DNA of 64,000 nucleotides. It comes from an uncultured archaeon. Lineage in GTDB: Archaea > Thermoproteota > Bathyarchaeia > Bathyarchaeales > Bathycorpusculaceae. Position numbers and translations under genes: made by a program. The stretch is taken from positions 288,001-352,000 of the forward strand of contig CAWALK010000012.1 in the NCBI GenBank assembly GCA_963782915.1, written 5' to 3'. Shown one piece after another: positions 8,983 to 19,763 of the stretch. The notes below the pieces were generated by a model. That model worked only from the letters and a program-made list of their open reading frames with translations. It did no database searches and had not been told where the DNA came from. The stretch's first letter is position 1. Each line of letters opens with the position of its first letter.

Positions 8983-10044
8983 TTAGAAGAGGGTTTTCTG
9001 TTTTTCACAGGATACCAAACTGGAAACCCTAACACCAATCAACCTCATTTTCCGCTCCGTATACAGATAGGGCAGCAGTAGTTCTTTGGCGGTTTTCTTT
9101 AGGTCTTCAACTCGATTAGTTAGGCGGGGTAGGGTTTTGCTTTTTGTGTGGGTTTCGAAGCCTTGGTAGCGGATTTTGACGGTTACTGTTTTGAAAAGCA
9201 GTTTTTGGTCGGTGGTTTCTTTGGCTACGTTTTCGCAGAGTGCGTCGAGGGCTTGAAGTATAGCGGCTGGGTCGGCTGTGTCTTCTTCGAAGGTTGTTTC
9301 GTGGCTGACGCTTTTGACGCCCTCACGTTCCTCCACTTCGCTACGATCCAAACCTTTAGCCATTAAATGCATCTGCATCCCCATCACCCCAAACATGGAA
9401 CTCAAAACGGAGGGGTCGTATCGGGCTAAGTCGCCGATGGTGTTTATGCCTAAGGCTTTTAGTTTAGGCTCAGTTTTCTTTCCTACCCACAGCAGCTTGC
9501 GCACTGGCAAGGGGTCGAGGAATTTTTGGGCGTCCTCTTCTTTGACGATTGTTAAGCCGTCGGGTTTTTGGAAGTCGCTGGCGACTTTGGCGATTAACTT
9601 GTTGGGTCCTACTCCGATTGAGGCGGTAAGGTGCTCAGTGTTTTTTATGTCCTGTTTTATCTGGCGTGCCAGTGTTTCAGCTTCTGTCCAATCCTTCACT
9701 CTATCAGTTACGTCCATGAAGGCTTCGTCGATGCCCCATTGCTCAAATTTGCCGGCGTATTTGCGGGCTATCGCCATGATTTCACCCGAGACTTTGATGT
9801 AGAGTGGAAAGTTGGGCGGCAGATACACAGCTTTTGGGCAGAGCCGCCAAGCCTGCGAAATAGGCATTCCTGAACGTATGCCTGAGGCGCGGGCTTCATA
9901 GTTGCTTGTGCTCACTACTCCTCTGCCTTTGCCCTCTTTAGGGTCTGAACCGACTATGACTGGGTTGCCTTTGATTGTGGGGTTTTCCCTTTCTTCGACT
10001 GCGGTGTAGAAGTGGTCCATATCTAAGTGGAAAATTATCCTCAT
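8983..10044 (-). CDS. dinB: DNA polymerase IV (Y-family)
   Basis: HLDMDHFY, SNYEAR, GIDEAF, NKLIAKVASD..KPDG. Confidence 0.95.
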   Translation of the reverse strand: MRIIFHLDMDHFYTAVEERENPTIKGNPVIVGSDPKEGKGRGVVSTSNYEARASGIRSGMPISQAWRLCPKAVYLPPNFPLYIKVSGEIMAIARKYAGKFEQWGIDEAFMDVTDRVKDWTEAETLARQIKQDIKNTEHLTASIGVGPNKLIAKVASDFQKPDGLTIVKEEDAQKFLDPLPVRKLLWVGKKTEPKLKALGINTIGDLARYDPSVLSSMFGVMGMQMHLMAKGLDRSEVEEREGVKSVSHETTFEEDTADPAAILQALDALCENVAKETTDQKLLFKTVTVKIRYQGFETHTKSKTLPRLTNRVEDLKKTAKELLLPYLYTERKMRLIGVRVSSLVSCEKQKTLF

Positions 10045-10534
10045 GCCGATGTCACCCGCACCTTACTTTCCCTTTTTCTTGCTTGACTATTAGGCTTTTC
10101 TACCCTCGGTCTATGGCTACTCAATCAAGGTTTTCTCCAAGAGTCCAAACAAACCAGCTTGCCAGTTCCTCAGAACTCGCGTCTCGATCCCGAATTACCG
10201 CAAGTTATTACGCTTAAACGCTTACGCAAAAGTTCTCTATAATAAAGAAACAACTCGAGAAGTAGCCGAGCACTGTACTTGTAGTATTATTGGGTAAGTC
10301 AGATTTTTTTTGGCTTGTTAACTTAAACTATATCTCTAAACTCAAGAAAACTTTTTCTATTTTCTCGGGAAAACAAAGGAAAGATAAGCAAACCATTTGA
10401 TCATAAGATGCGATTTTGCCGCCGCCATAGAAGCGCTGACTTACCTGTTAATTCTAAATTTTAGGGAATGCGCTGTTGAGACACACAAAGGGTAATTATA
10501 TACAAGCGGTATTTGTCGGTATGAGTTCGTTCAG

Positions 10535-11059
10535 ATGGCTGAAACGCTAACGCTTGATGTAGGCTGTGGTAAATTTCCCAAAGGCGATGTGAATGCAGAT
10601 ATATCCAGAACAAAGGAAGTTAAAATCCCAAATTTTGTTATTGCTGACACACGTTATTTACCCTTCAAAGATCGCTGTTTTGTTACGGTTTTCTCCAGCC
10701 ATACGATTGAGCATGTGGAAAATCCTCATAAGATGCTTGATGAGTTATGGCGAGTTTCCATGTCGAAAGTTATTGTTAAGTGTCCATATAGATTTGGGAG
10801 TGGGGCAAAGAGACCGTCGCATATTAATTTTTTTGATAAAAAATGGTTTAAGCAAGAATTTGATAGACGAGGGGTTGGGCATTGTGAGCGTATTAGTGTG
10901 TTTGATTTTCCTTTGACAAATAGGCTCTCAAACGATTTTAACGATTATGCTATAAGAGTTGACAAGGGTTTTGGTTGGAGAATTGTTCGCCACATTGAAT
11001 TTGTCTTTAGTCATTTGTTTAATATTGGTTTTGAGGTTGAATGTGAAGTAACAAAGTAA
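10535..11059 (+). CDS. Class I SAM-dependent methyltransferase
   Basis: LDVGCG motif I, LPFKD..F..V.SSHTIEHV; noticeably T-rich codon usage. Confidence 0.85.
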   Translation: MAETLTLDVGCGKFPKGDVNADISRTKEVKIPNFVIADTRYLPFKDRCFVTVFSSHTIEHVENPHKMLDELWRVSMSKVIVKCPYRFGSGAKRPSHINFFDKKWFKQEFDRRGVGHCERISVFDFPLTNRLSNDFNDYAIRVDKGFGWRIVRHIEFVFSHLFNIGFEVECEVTK

Positions 11060-11265
11060 GCCCTTTGCATAGTCCTCGTTACCCTTATTAGGTAACTTCA
11101 GATTTTGTTTTTATCATAATGACTTTGACGGATCATTTCTGAGTGTTAATTAGAGTCGTGAAGCTTTTTTTAGTTTTTCCAATAATGTGTCAAGTGTAAC
11201 ATCAAATAAGGTAATTTTTAGCTCAGAGTCTCCATTTACAGGAAAAGGAAATTGTAAGAAAGGGT

Positions 11266-11322
11266 CTATTTCCAAAGAAAAGCATGCATGTCTAAGTGGA
11301 AGATGAAGCGTTTAGGGTGCAT
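11266..11322 (-). pseudogene. Possible remnant of a dinB 5' end
   Basis: MHPKRFIFHLDMHAFLWK* resembles the DinB N-terminus MRIIFHLDMDHFY; shares TCTAAGTGGAA with 10022-10032. Confidence 0.4.
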
Positions 11323-11599
11323 TTCGTTCAAGAAGCCTTGTGCTTGTTGGGGATTTGAACTTATCGAAGGAAAGGATGCTTTGTTGTTTAGTGTAACAGA
11401 AGACTGTAGGTTTCTTGTTTTTCTCAGAGTGTTGTTGCCGAAAACTCCCAATATACATCAACAATCAGCAGATTGTGCGGTAGATTGCTTTTTGGCTTCT
11501 GCATTGGGTTTGGGTTGCAGGTTGGTTGTGGAGACTTCTGCAAGCAGACCAGACTTTTCATGCATGATAAGGGAGAGGGTAACGCAAGAAACGTTCGAT

Positions 11600-12517
11600 C
11601 TACGGCTTACCTATGTATTGATCCATAGTTTGTGAATTTTCATCCTGAATTTTGGCAGGCTCAACAATCACATTCATTTCAATAATATCACTGTATTCTT
11701 TCATGGTTTTAGCTTCGATTTCTGCCGAAAGTTTCGCCGCTTCCTTCACAGTCATGTTACTATCAACGGTAATGTGCAAGTCGCCGATAATGTATGAGCC
11801 AACCTTACGCAAGCGTATATTGTGCACGCTCTTCACCTGTTCGAACGTATTAGCTATGGATTCTACCGCTGCGACGGTTTCTGGTGAATGGAAAGCGTCG
11901 AGCAGTACAAGCGAGGCTTCCTTGATTATGGTGTAGACCATGGTGAAGACGAATAGGGAAATGATTATACCCGCGATGGCGTCGGTTTGGGCTATGCCAA
12001 AATATGTGCCTAATGCAATGCCGACGAACGCGGTTATTGAGGTGAGTACGTCTTTGATGGAGTTGGTTGCGTCTGTTTTAAGCGCCATTGAATCGTATTT
12101 TTTGGCTGCTCTGCGCTTGTAAACCAATAAAACGGCAGATACAGAGGCGGCGGCAAGTGCTACAATCATGGCTACTTCGGGGTTCGCTACGGGTTTAGGG
12201 TTGGATAAATTCTGATATGACTCGAATAATACGACTATACCCAGTGATGCCATGAATACGGCTGCGATTATGCTGCTTAGGGTTTCAAAGCGGTAGTAGC
12301 CGAAATGGAAGCTTCGGTCAGGCGCTTTTCTTGAGATGCGCAATCCAATCCAGACGATGAGTGAGACGCCTGCATCAGCGAATGATTGGGTACCGTCAGC
12401 GATAAGGGCAATGCTTAACGTGAATATGCCCATAACTACTTCGACTAAACCCACCATTAATTGAACTAAAAACGATTTTTTTGCTACTTTTCCGCCTTGA
12501 ACAAGGTTCGATGCCAA
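11600..12517 (-). CDS. Cation diffusion facilitator (FieF-like)
   Basis: ALIADGTQSFAD, PD..FHFGYYRFE, C-terminal dimerisation domain. Confidence 0.92.
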   Translation of the reverse strand: MASNLVQGGKVAKKSFLVQLMVGLVEVVMGIFTLSIALIADGTQSFADAGVSLIVWIGLRISRKAPDRSFHFGYYRFETLSSIIAAVFMASLGIVVLFESYQNLSNPKPVANPEVAMIVALAAASVSAVLLVYKRRAAKKYDSMALKTDATNSIKDVLTSITAFVGIALGTYFGIAQTDAIAGIIISLFVFTMVYTIIKEASLVLLDAFHSPETVAAVESIANTFEQVKSVHNIRLRKVGSYIIGDLHITVDSNMTVKEAAKLSAEIEAKTMKEYSDIIEMNVIVEPAKIQDENSQTMDQYIGKP

Positions 12518-12592
12518 CTATTTTCAACTGTGAATCTCTTATGTGAACTACGCTAAAAAGATTGACCTACAATAAAGTGAGCAGTTATGTTG

Positions 12593-13757
12593 TTAAGTTA
12601 TTGTTTGGTTCCAATAGAAAACATGGCTGTAATTGCTTAGCAGGGGTGCCGTGACTTCCTGTTCGTCATAGAGAATGTCCAATTGGGCGCCATACTGATT
12701 TGTCAGTGCCTCTACGTCATGGTAGATTTTTGCCGATAAAGTATCATTGGCGAATAAGCCCCAGATGCGGTCGTCTGCAGTTCGGAAGCCAAACCCATAA
12801 TCCTTCGGCACTACATAGGCGACTTGGGGCTGGTTTAAGCCGAAACTATCGGGGTCAGCGTGAAGTGCATTCCAGAAGTTTTGGAGAGCCACAAAATGCT
12901 CCTCTTCAAGGATGCCGTATTGGTTGCCAGTTAAGTTGGGGTAGCTAAAAACGAAGGCGTATTTGGCGCCCGAACTGTAAGATAATGCTAAATCATTATA
13001 CAACTCTTGTCCGCTTTCAAGATAATGCGGTTCCTGATTGTATTTCCAGTTGATTATCACACCCCAATCTCTGTTGAACGCTGATGCGGCACCCCGATTC
13101 AAGGCGATGATGCGTTGCCTGCTTTCGTTTCCAACGAATTCAGCGAAGACTGCGGTATAATTTGCTTTGTAATCAAACCAGTTAAGCGCGTAGTCGGCAG
13201 TGAAAACTCTTGGCGTATAGGGATAGTAGTAGTTGGTCATTTGTGAGAGGTTACCGACGTAGCTTTGTGAGGCTTCACTGTAGCTTGTGGCGTTATGGAT
13301 TATTGCGGATAAGCCTTGGTCGAGTTGGTTTCCGCCTGGTTCATCGATTTTATAGATTCCTAAGAATTTTTCGCCATATTTTTGTTGTGCGTCAACCATC
13401 CAATTGGTGATATTGTAGTTGTCTGACCAATTGTACTGGTCTAAGCCAGTGAAGAGGACAATAAAGTTTAGGTCCGACTGGGTAATGTAGTCGCATGATT
13501 CGATCCAAAGCAGTTCGGTTAAACGAAATAGCAGGTGAACCTATGACGAAGAGGTTTGTGTAATCCTTGACTTTGTCAACTAACGCCTTGAGTGGGGCTG
13601 TGTCGTTTGCATAAGCGTATTCAACCCCCACGTAGAATGGTCTATGCTGAGTTGGGGGACTAAAATAGCCGTTGGCAAAGAATACGGATAGCGAAACTGC
13701 TGCTATGAGTAGAATGGTGGTTGCGATGGCAAGTTTTCGTTTCAACTTTTCAGCCAA
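12593..13757 (-). CDS. Membrane-anchored hypothetical protein, putative TIM-barrel/glycoside-hydrolase-like (frameshifted)
   Basis: N-terminal TM, FYVGVEYAY, VDKVKDYTNLFVIGS, DEPGG; two ORFs joined across an indel. Confidence 0.6.
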
Positions 13758-13840
13758 CCGTGAATACTATTGAATTCGCTGTGTATTTAACATTAAACCT
13801 TCTTCGCCATAAGCATCGGCATTTTTTGGGTTGATTTGTT

Positions 13841-13880
13841 CTTTATATAAGGGGAGGGGAGGTAGCGCAGAGCAACAAAG
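13841..13880 (+). repeat. Dispersed TATA/G-tract element, copy 1
   Basis: CTTTATATAAGGGGAGGGGAGGTAGCGCAGAGCAACAAAG. Confidence 0.75.
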
Positions 13881-13967
13881 CCCATCTGCGACGCCTTATC
13901 GCTATACCTTTAAGGCTCAAACTAATATCTCACAAACGAATTTACTATCATAGGGAAGCAACCGAAC

Positions 13968-14520
13968 ATGGATGTTTTTGAAGCAGTCCAAGAACGAAAA
14001 TCAATCCGCGCCTACCAAGACAAACCCATTCCAAGAGAGAAACTTGAGCGGATACTTGAAGCAGGAAGATTAGCACCCTCAGCGATCAATAGGGAACCAT
14101 GGCATTTCATTGTGGTAACAAACAGTGAAAAACGCAAGGCACTCTCAAAAGGGCTCTATGCCAAATTCGTAGCTGGGGCACCGCTTGTGATTGTTGTTTG
14201 CGGCGACAAAAAAGCTTCACCAGAATGGTACGCCGTCGATGCTTCTTTGGCAGTGGAAAATATGGTTTTAACTGCTGTAAGCGAAGGTTTCGGTACATGC
14301 TGTGTGGGAAGCTTCAACGAAGCCGACGTCAAAGCCCTGCTAAAGATTCCTGAGAATTTTGAAGTTATAGTTATGATTCCAATCGGTTACCCACAGGGAA
14401 AAACTGGATTTATCCAGCAAACTCTTGCATTTGGTGAGGTCAAGAAAAGTAATCAGCGACGTTGCAAGCGAAGAAGAATTCGGCAAACCGTTTGTGCCAC
14501 AAAAAATCTTTGAATCCTAA
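13968..14520 (+). CDS. Nitroreductase family protein (3' frameshift)
   Basis: RKSIRAY, APSAINREPWHFIVV, GFGTCCVG, IPIGYP. Confidence 0.9.
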
Positions 14521-14621
14521 CTTTTCACCCCCACCTTTGGAAACCCAATCCACACTTAGTAACGGCTAAATACAACAAAGCCCAATTCCGTTGATATTCA
14601 GAAGCGTGGGAAGATCCTAAA

Positions 14622-15953
14622 ATGACTGATTTGCCCGATATAGTTGCACATTTAATTGAAGCATCCAAAAAACACGAGCAGTACCGCGACAAAGAATGCA
14701 TAAACATGATTGCCAGCGAAGGCATAAAATCCCCAGCTGTTTGCCAAATGCTCGACATGAGCCATGACCTTGCCACTCGTTATGCAGAAGGCGAAAACGA
14801 TGCGGTTGGCCATGTTAAGAAGCGGTATTATCAAGGGCAAAAATACATGTCCCAAATAGAGGACCTCGCCACAGACTCAATTAAAAGCTTATTTGGCGCC
14901 TCTTGGGCGGATGTCCGCTTAATCTCAGGCACCCACGCCAACACAGCCACCTTCAAAGGCTTATCCTTAGCATCAAAAAACAACAAAATGGTCGTCACAC
15001 CACTGAGCTGCGGCGCACACATAAGCCATGACTACACAGGCTTAGCAGGCAGCATCCTTGGCATCGACAACATAAACCACGTTTACAACATAGACGAATT
15101 CAACATAGACGCAGAAAAATCAGCCTATGTCATCCGCGCAGCTAAACCAGGCATCGTCACGTTTGGCGGCAGCCTATTCTTGTTCCCACATCCAATTAAA
15201 GAACTCAAAGAAGTCTGCAACGAAGTAGGCGCATACATAGCCTACGACGCAGCCCACGTTTTGGGTTTGATTGCAGGCGGCCAATTCCAGGATCCACTCC
15301 GCGAAGGCGCAGACTTCATCACCGCATCCACCCACAAAACGTTCCCAGGTCCACAGGGAGGAGTCATAATGGGCAACCCAGACACCCCCGCAAAAGAGAA
15401 AGCTGTGCGAAAAATCCAGCACTCAGTGTTCCCATTAACTGCATCCAGCACCCACCTCGGCAGACTACCCGCATTGGGCATTGCCTGCTTGGAAATGAAG
15501 GTGTTTGGCAAAGACTTAGCATTCCAAATCGTCAAAAACGCTCAAACCGCAGGTCAGTACCTCTGCGAAAACGGCGTTAAAGTGCTTGCTGAAAAGAAAG
15601 GCTTCACACGCAGCCACCAAATCGGACTCGACGTAAGAGGCTTCGGCGGCGGCAACCGTGTCGCACAAGAACTCGAAGACGCCAACATTATCCTCAACAA
15701 GAACCTGCTGCCATATGATGATCAAGCAAGCAAAGAAAACCCATCGGGCTTGCGCGTTGGTTTCCAAGATATTACAAGGCGCGGCATGAAAGAAGGTGAC
15801 ATAAAACACCTCTGCGACTTAATGATGGACATCATCAAGAGCAAACGCAAGCCATCTGAAGTTAAGGTAGATGTTTTAGCGCTTAAGAAGGAGTTCTGCG
15901 GCGTTAAGTATGGCTTCCAAAGTGTTGAAGAAGCTCTCAAATACGTAAAGTAG
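14622..15953 (+). CDS. glyA: Serine hydroxymethyltransferase
   Basis: INMIASE, RYAEG, YDAAH, STHKTFPGPQGG (PLP lysine), NKNLLPYD. Confidence 0.96.
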   Translation: MTDLPDIVAHLIEASKKHEQYRDKECINMIASEGIKSPAVCQMLDMSHDLATRYAEGENDAVGHVKKRYYQGQKYMSQIEDLATDSIKSLFGASWADVRLISGTHANTATFKGLSLASKNNKMVVTPLSCGAHISHDYTGLAGSILGIDNINHVYNIDEFNIDAEKSAYVIRAAKPGIVTFGGSLFLFPHPIKELKEVCNEVGAYIAYDAAHVLGLIAGGQFQDPLREGADFITASTHKTFPGPQGGVIMGNPDTPAKEKAVRKIQHSVFPLTASSTHLGRLPALGIACLEMKVFGKDLAFQIVKNAQTAGQYLCENGVKVLAEKKGFTRSHQIGLDVRGFGGGNRVAQELEDANIILNKNLLPYDDQASKENPSGLRVGFQDITRRGMKEGDIKHLCDLMMDIIKSKRKPSEVKVDVLALKKEFCGVKYGFQSVEEALKYVK

Positions 15954-16172
15954 TCACGGCCCTTTTTTTGGGGGTCTTTCAAAGATTTATTTTATTTTTT
16001 AAGCGCAACAACGTTTGAGCAGTTAGATGCCGATATTATCAAATTTATTAAGTGAAATCATCAGACTTCAAAGAGAAAGAATAGACAGCTACCTCTTTGC
16101 TTTGGGCAACCGAATCTGCAGGTTTTTCCTAAAGATTAATTAGTTGACAGCATCAATTTAGCTCTGAAAACT

Positions 16173-16460
16173 ATGTCACTGGATTTCCTAACAGGGCTAT
16201 TCTTGGTCGTAGCAATAGGCTTCCTAATCCTCATGATTTTGCTGCCAAGGTATGGTCCACACTACACATCCAAGCTGACTTGCCCCAGTTGCCGCAAAAG
16301 CTTCAATTTCCACTGGATACCAGGGGCCACCATAGCCTCACTAATACGCCGCAACTACCGAGTCCTCAAATGCCCCTACTGCCACAATAAATCCACCTTT
16401 GACATTATGGCAACAAGAGTTGCATCAGCAAAAAAGCCCAAAGTTAAGCAGAAAGCGTAA
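16173..16460 (+). CDS. Small membrane-anchored zinc-ribbon protein
   Basis: N-terminal TM, CPSC...CPYC. Confidence 0.7.
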   Translation: MSLDFLTGLFLVVAIGFLILMILLPRYGPHYTSKLTCPSCRKSFNFHWIPGATIASLIRRNYRVLKCPYCHNKSTFDIMATRVASAKKPKVKQKA

Positions 16461-16541
16461 GTAGCAAGCGTTTAGGGCAGAGAACTTTATTATCAAGCTA
16501 AGCAATCACTTTTTCAATTAGAATTCAAGGTGAATCTTGGC

Positions 16542-17726
16542 ATGAAGGTATTACTTAATGATGGTTTAGAGAAAGAGGGCTTAGCGATTTTCCAGCAAGC
16601 TGGCATAGAAACAGACACTAAAAAACGTGATCCAGCACAGCTTGTAGCTGAAATAGGCCAATTTGACGCCCTAGTTGTTAGAAGCGCCACAAAAGTTACC
16701 CGCGAAATCATAGAAGCAGGCGCAAAGGGAAAACTCAAAATCATCGGACGCGCAGGCGTCGGATTCGACAATATCGACGCAGTTGCAGCCTCCGAAAACG
16801 GCATCGTCGTAAAGATTGCACCGTTCGGAAGCACAAACGCTGTTGCCGAATTAGCATTAGACTTAATGTTATCCATCTCACGTAATACACCCCAAGCACA
16901 CCATTCGCTGAAGAATGGGGTTTGGATAAAAAAGAAGCTTGAAGGCAGAGAACTCGCCTACAAAACGCTAGGCTTAATTGGGTGCGGCAGAATCGGCCAA
17001 AAAGTCGCTAACATTGCCAAACGCGGCTTTGAAATGGAAGTTATCGGCTATGACATTAAACCCTGCCCAGAAAGTGGAATCAAATTCTTAGCAACCAAAG
17101 AGGATGTGTTGGCTAAAGCGGATTACATCAGTGTCCACACAGGCGGCAAAGACGTCATCATCGGCGCAAAAGAACTCGCAATAATGAAGCCAACAGCCTA
17201 TATCATCAACACATCCAGAGGCAACAACATCGACCAACAAGCCCTCTACACCGCGTTAAAAGACGGCAAAATCGGCGGCTACGCAACAGACGTCTACAAA
17301 GAAGAACCCAAAGCAGAAAACGACCCCTTCACAGACAAACTAAAAGAACTCGACAACGTCGTATTAAGCAGCCACCTCGGCGCCTCTACAGTTGAAGCGC
17401 AAAGGGAAACCTCAACTGAAATGGCACGCGTCCTCACCAGTTACCTCTTAGGCGGAGACTTCACAAACGCAGTAAACGCAGGCGAATCCATTGAAGTCGA
17501 AGAAAAACAGGTCTTCACACTCTTCATCCATCACAAAGACGTCCCAGGCGTATTCGCAAATATCGACAAAGTCCTCGCAGATTGCAACATAAACATCCGC
17601 GCAAACTACAGCCGCCAAATCAACACAGGCTACGCAATCTCAGTCTACGTACTCCACCAAACCGCTACACCAGAAATCGTTGCTAAACTCAAAGCAGTCC
17701 CCAACGTCTGCAACGTTAAATTCTAA
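16542..17726 (+). CDS. serA: D-3-phosphoglycerate dehydrogenase with ACT domain
   Basis: RAGVGFDNID, GCGRIG, HLGAST, C-terminal ACT (HKDVPGV). Confidence 0.9.
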   Translation: MKVLLNDGLEKEGLAIFQQAGIETDTKKRDPAQLVAEIGQFDALVVRSATKVTREIIEAGAKGKLKIIGRAGVGFDNIDAVAASENGIVVKIAPFGSTNAVAELALDLMLSISRNTPQAHHSLKNGVWIKKKLEGRELAYKTLGLIGCGRIGQKVANIAKRGFEMEVIGYDIKPCPESGIKFLATKEDVLAKADYISVHTGGKDVIIGAKELAIMKPTAYIINTSRGNNIDQQALYTALKDGKIGGYATDVYKEEPKAENDPFTDKLKELDNVVLSSHLGASTVEAQRETSTEMARVLTSYLLGGDFTNAVNAGESIEVEEKQVFTLFIHHKDVPGVFANIDKVLADCNINIRANYSRQINTGYAISVYVLHQTATPEIVAKLKAVPNVCNVKF

Positions 17727-17749
17727 GGGATTTTTTCCCTTTCTATTTC

Positions 17750-18415
17750 TTAGGGTCTGTCGCGTAGCTTCTTTTGATTACCATACGGTTTAGCCATACT
17801 TTTCCAGCCCATATTAGCAAACATAGTTAACAGAAACTTAGGCATGACTGTTTTCGCAATCAACTCCGTGGCTTCTTTAGACACAGTTGAGCCCTCCAAG
17901 AGGTTCTGTGCGGTTAAGTCAAGGGCTCTTTTAACGTTTTTCATCATCGGTGCTTTCTCGAGTGGCAAGCCATTTATCATGGCTCCAGCGCCTAGCGTTA
18001 ATCCCCCAGCCCACTCATACCCCGCCTCTTTGGAAAATTGTTTGCAGATTGATATGGCGGTGGCGTTTTGTTTGCTATCTGGAAAACCGTTGTTAACGAT
18101 TGCTAAAATTCGTGTGAGTTTAGTTAATGCCGTTTTTTTGCGGTTTTCAGCTATTTTTTCTAAGGCTAAAATTAGGCCTGCAGGGGGCGAGTCTACGTAG
18201 AGGGGAAACGCTAAAATTAAAAGATCGCTGTCAGCGACTTGTGATAACATTTCTGCTTGTTTTTCTTGATTGTGTATTGCGGCTTGAGCATGTATTTTGC
18301 TGATTTCGTACCCGCCATTTTGCAGCTTGTCAAGCAGGTATGTACCTAAAGAGTTAGAAGTGCTGTTAAAACCGTGCGGGCTGCCTATGAATAGTAATGC
18401 TTTTTTTGAACTCAA
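17750..18415 (-). CDS. Flavodoxin-fold NAD(P)H-dependent oxidoreductase
   Basis: GSPH..S.S, AFPLYVDS, NNGFP. Confidence 0.8.
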   Translation of the reverse strand: MSSKKALLFIGSPHGFNSTSNSLGTYLLDKLQNGGYEISKIHAQAAIHNQEKQAEMLSQVADSDLLILAFPLYVDSPPAGLILALEKIAENRKKTALTKLTRILAIVNNGFPDSKQNATAISICKQFSKEAGYEWAGGLTLGAGAMINGLPLEKAPMMKNVKRALDLTAQNLLEGSTVSKEATELIAKTVMPKFLLTMFANMGWKSMAKPYGNQKKLRDRP

Positions 18416-18984
18416 CTTTTTACCTCCAGATTGGTAAGTAAGCCGCTGATTTTGCTTGCTACGGTTGCGTGGTTGTCTGATTCGTATATTATTGTCGTAG
18501 CCTGTTTTGGTGCTTGCCAGTTAAGCGAATTCCGATAAAGGAGCGTTTTGAAGATGGTTTCGCTTTCTGGGTCAGGTTGAGGCAAGACGCCGATTGCTGC
18601 GATATTATGCTTTTTATCGTACCGTTGCGGATGATGAATTTCGCCTTTGTATTTTTCCATAAATGGCAATATTGTGGGGATTTGGCGGTCAAGTACCTTT
18701 TTGAGTTCATACGAGTAACCGCCGAAAACTATTGGTGTCACATAAATAAGTAAATCCGCATGGGGTAACTTGGATGCTATTTCTCTAGCTGGGTCATCTA
18801 TTACGCATTGACCGGGGGTTTTAACCCAGCAACCGAAGCAACCTAAGCAATCCGAGACTTTAAGGTCACGCAGCCTATAGGTTGAAACGTTGCCGACCTT
18901 TTGCAGAGCTAATAGTAGCGTTTCGTTTGATTCGTCAACTTTTCGGTCATTGGTTCTTGCTCCGTTTAGCACCACTACATCCAA
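18412..18984 (-). CDS. Iron-sulfur flavoprotein / flavodoxin family protein
   Basis: CLGCFGCW.KTPG.C..DD, TPIVFGGYS..LK..LDR; start probably near 18978. Confidence 0.85.
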   Translation of the reverse strand: MDVVVLNGARTNDRKVDESNETLLLALQKVGNVSTYRLRDLKVSDCLGCFGCWVKTPGQCVIDDPAREIASKLPHADLLIYVTPIVFGGYSYELKKVLDRQIPTILPFMEKYKGEIHHPQRYDKKHNIAAIGVLPQPDPESETIFKTLLYRNSLNWQAPKQATTIIYESDNHATVASKISGLLTNLEVKS

Positions 18985-19080
18985 GTGAATACACTCACCG
19001 AATTGGCTTTTTTAACGCAAGTTGTAGATAGATTTTTGCCCCATCGATATATAAGCTGGATTAGGGCTAAAAGGTAACCT

Positions 19081-19763
19081 ATGAAATTAGGCGTGTTGTT
19101 TTCAGGCGGCAAGGATTCCACTCTTGCCCTACATTTAGCGGCAGAAAAAGAGCAGGTAGCATGCCTAATCACGCTTGTTTCCCGCAACCCTGAAAGTTAC
19201 ATGTTTCACACGCCAAACATCGAAGTAACAGTTTTGCAGGCTGAGGCGTTGGGGTTGCCGATGGTTTCAGTGGAAACGGAGGGTAAAAAAGAGGAGGAAC
19301 TCGCCGATCTGGAACGCGCTATCGCCGAAGCTAAAAGCAAAATTTGGTATCGAAGGCGTCGTGACTGGAGCGGTGGAATCTGTGTATCAGGCGTCGCGGG
19401 TTCAACGCATCTGCAACAATTTAGACCTCTGGTGCTTTAACCCCCTTTGGAAGCATGACCAAAAAGCACTCCTCGAAACACTAATCACTAAACAGTTCCA
19501 AGTTATCATTTCAGGTGTCTTCGCTTATCCGTTGGATGAGAAATGGCTGGGCAAACCACTCGATATCCAAATGATAGCGAAGTTAGTTGAGCTTCAGGGC
19601 AGATACGGCATCAGCCCCTCAGGAGAAGGCGGCGAAATCGAAACAACAGTACTCGACGCACCGATGTTTAAACAAAAAATCATAATCACTGAGTTCAGCG
19701 GTTGAGTGGCGGGGTAGCTCTGGAGTTTACGTTATCAAAGATGCTCGTCTGGTGCCAAAATGA
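19081..19763 (+). CDS. dph6: Diphthine--ammonia ligase (frameshifted)
   Basis: FSGGKDS, SYMFH, TGAVESVYQ..R, GEGGEIET; re-joined frame stops at TGA 19761-19763. Confidence 0.88.

Noticed and set aside
13851-13858. G-tract element interpreted specifically as a bacterial KOPS (GGGNAGGG)
   Set aside because: Only two of six copies match the octamer and no FtsK gene is in the window; kept only as an analogy.
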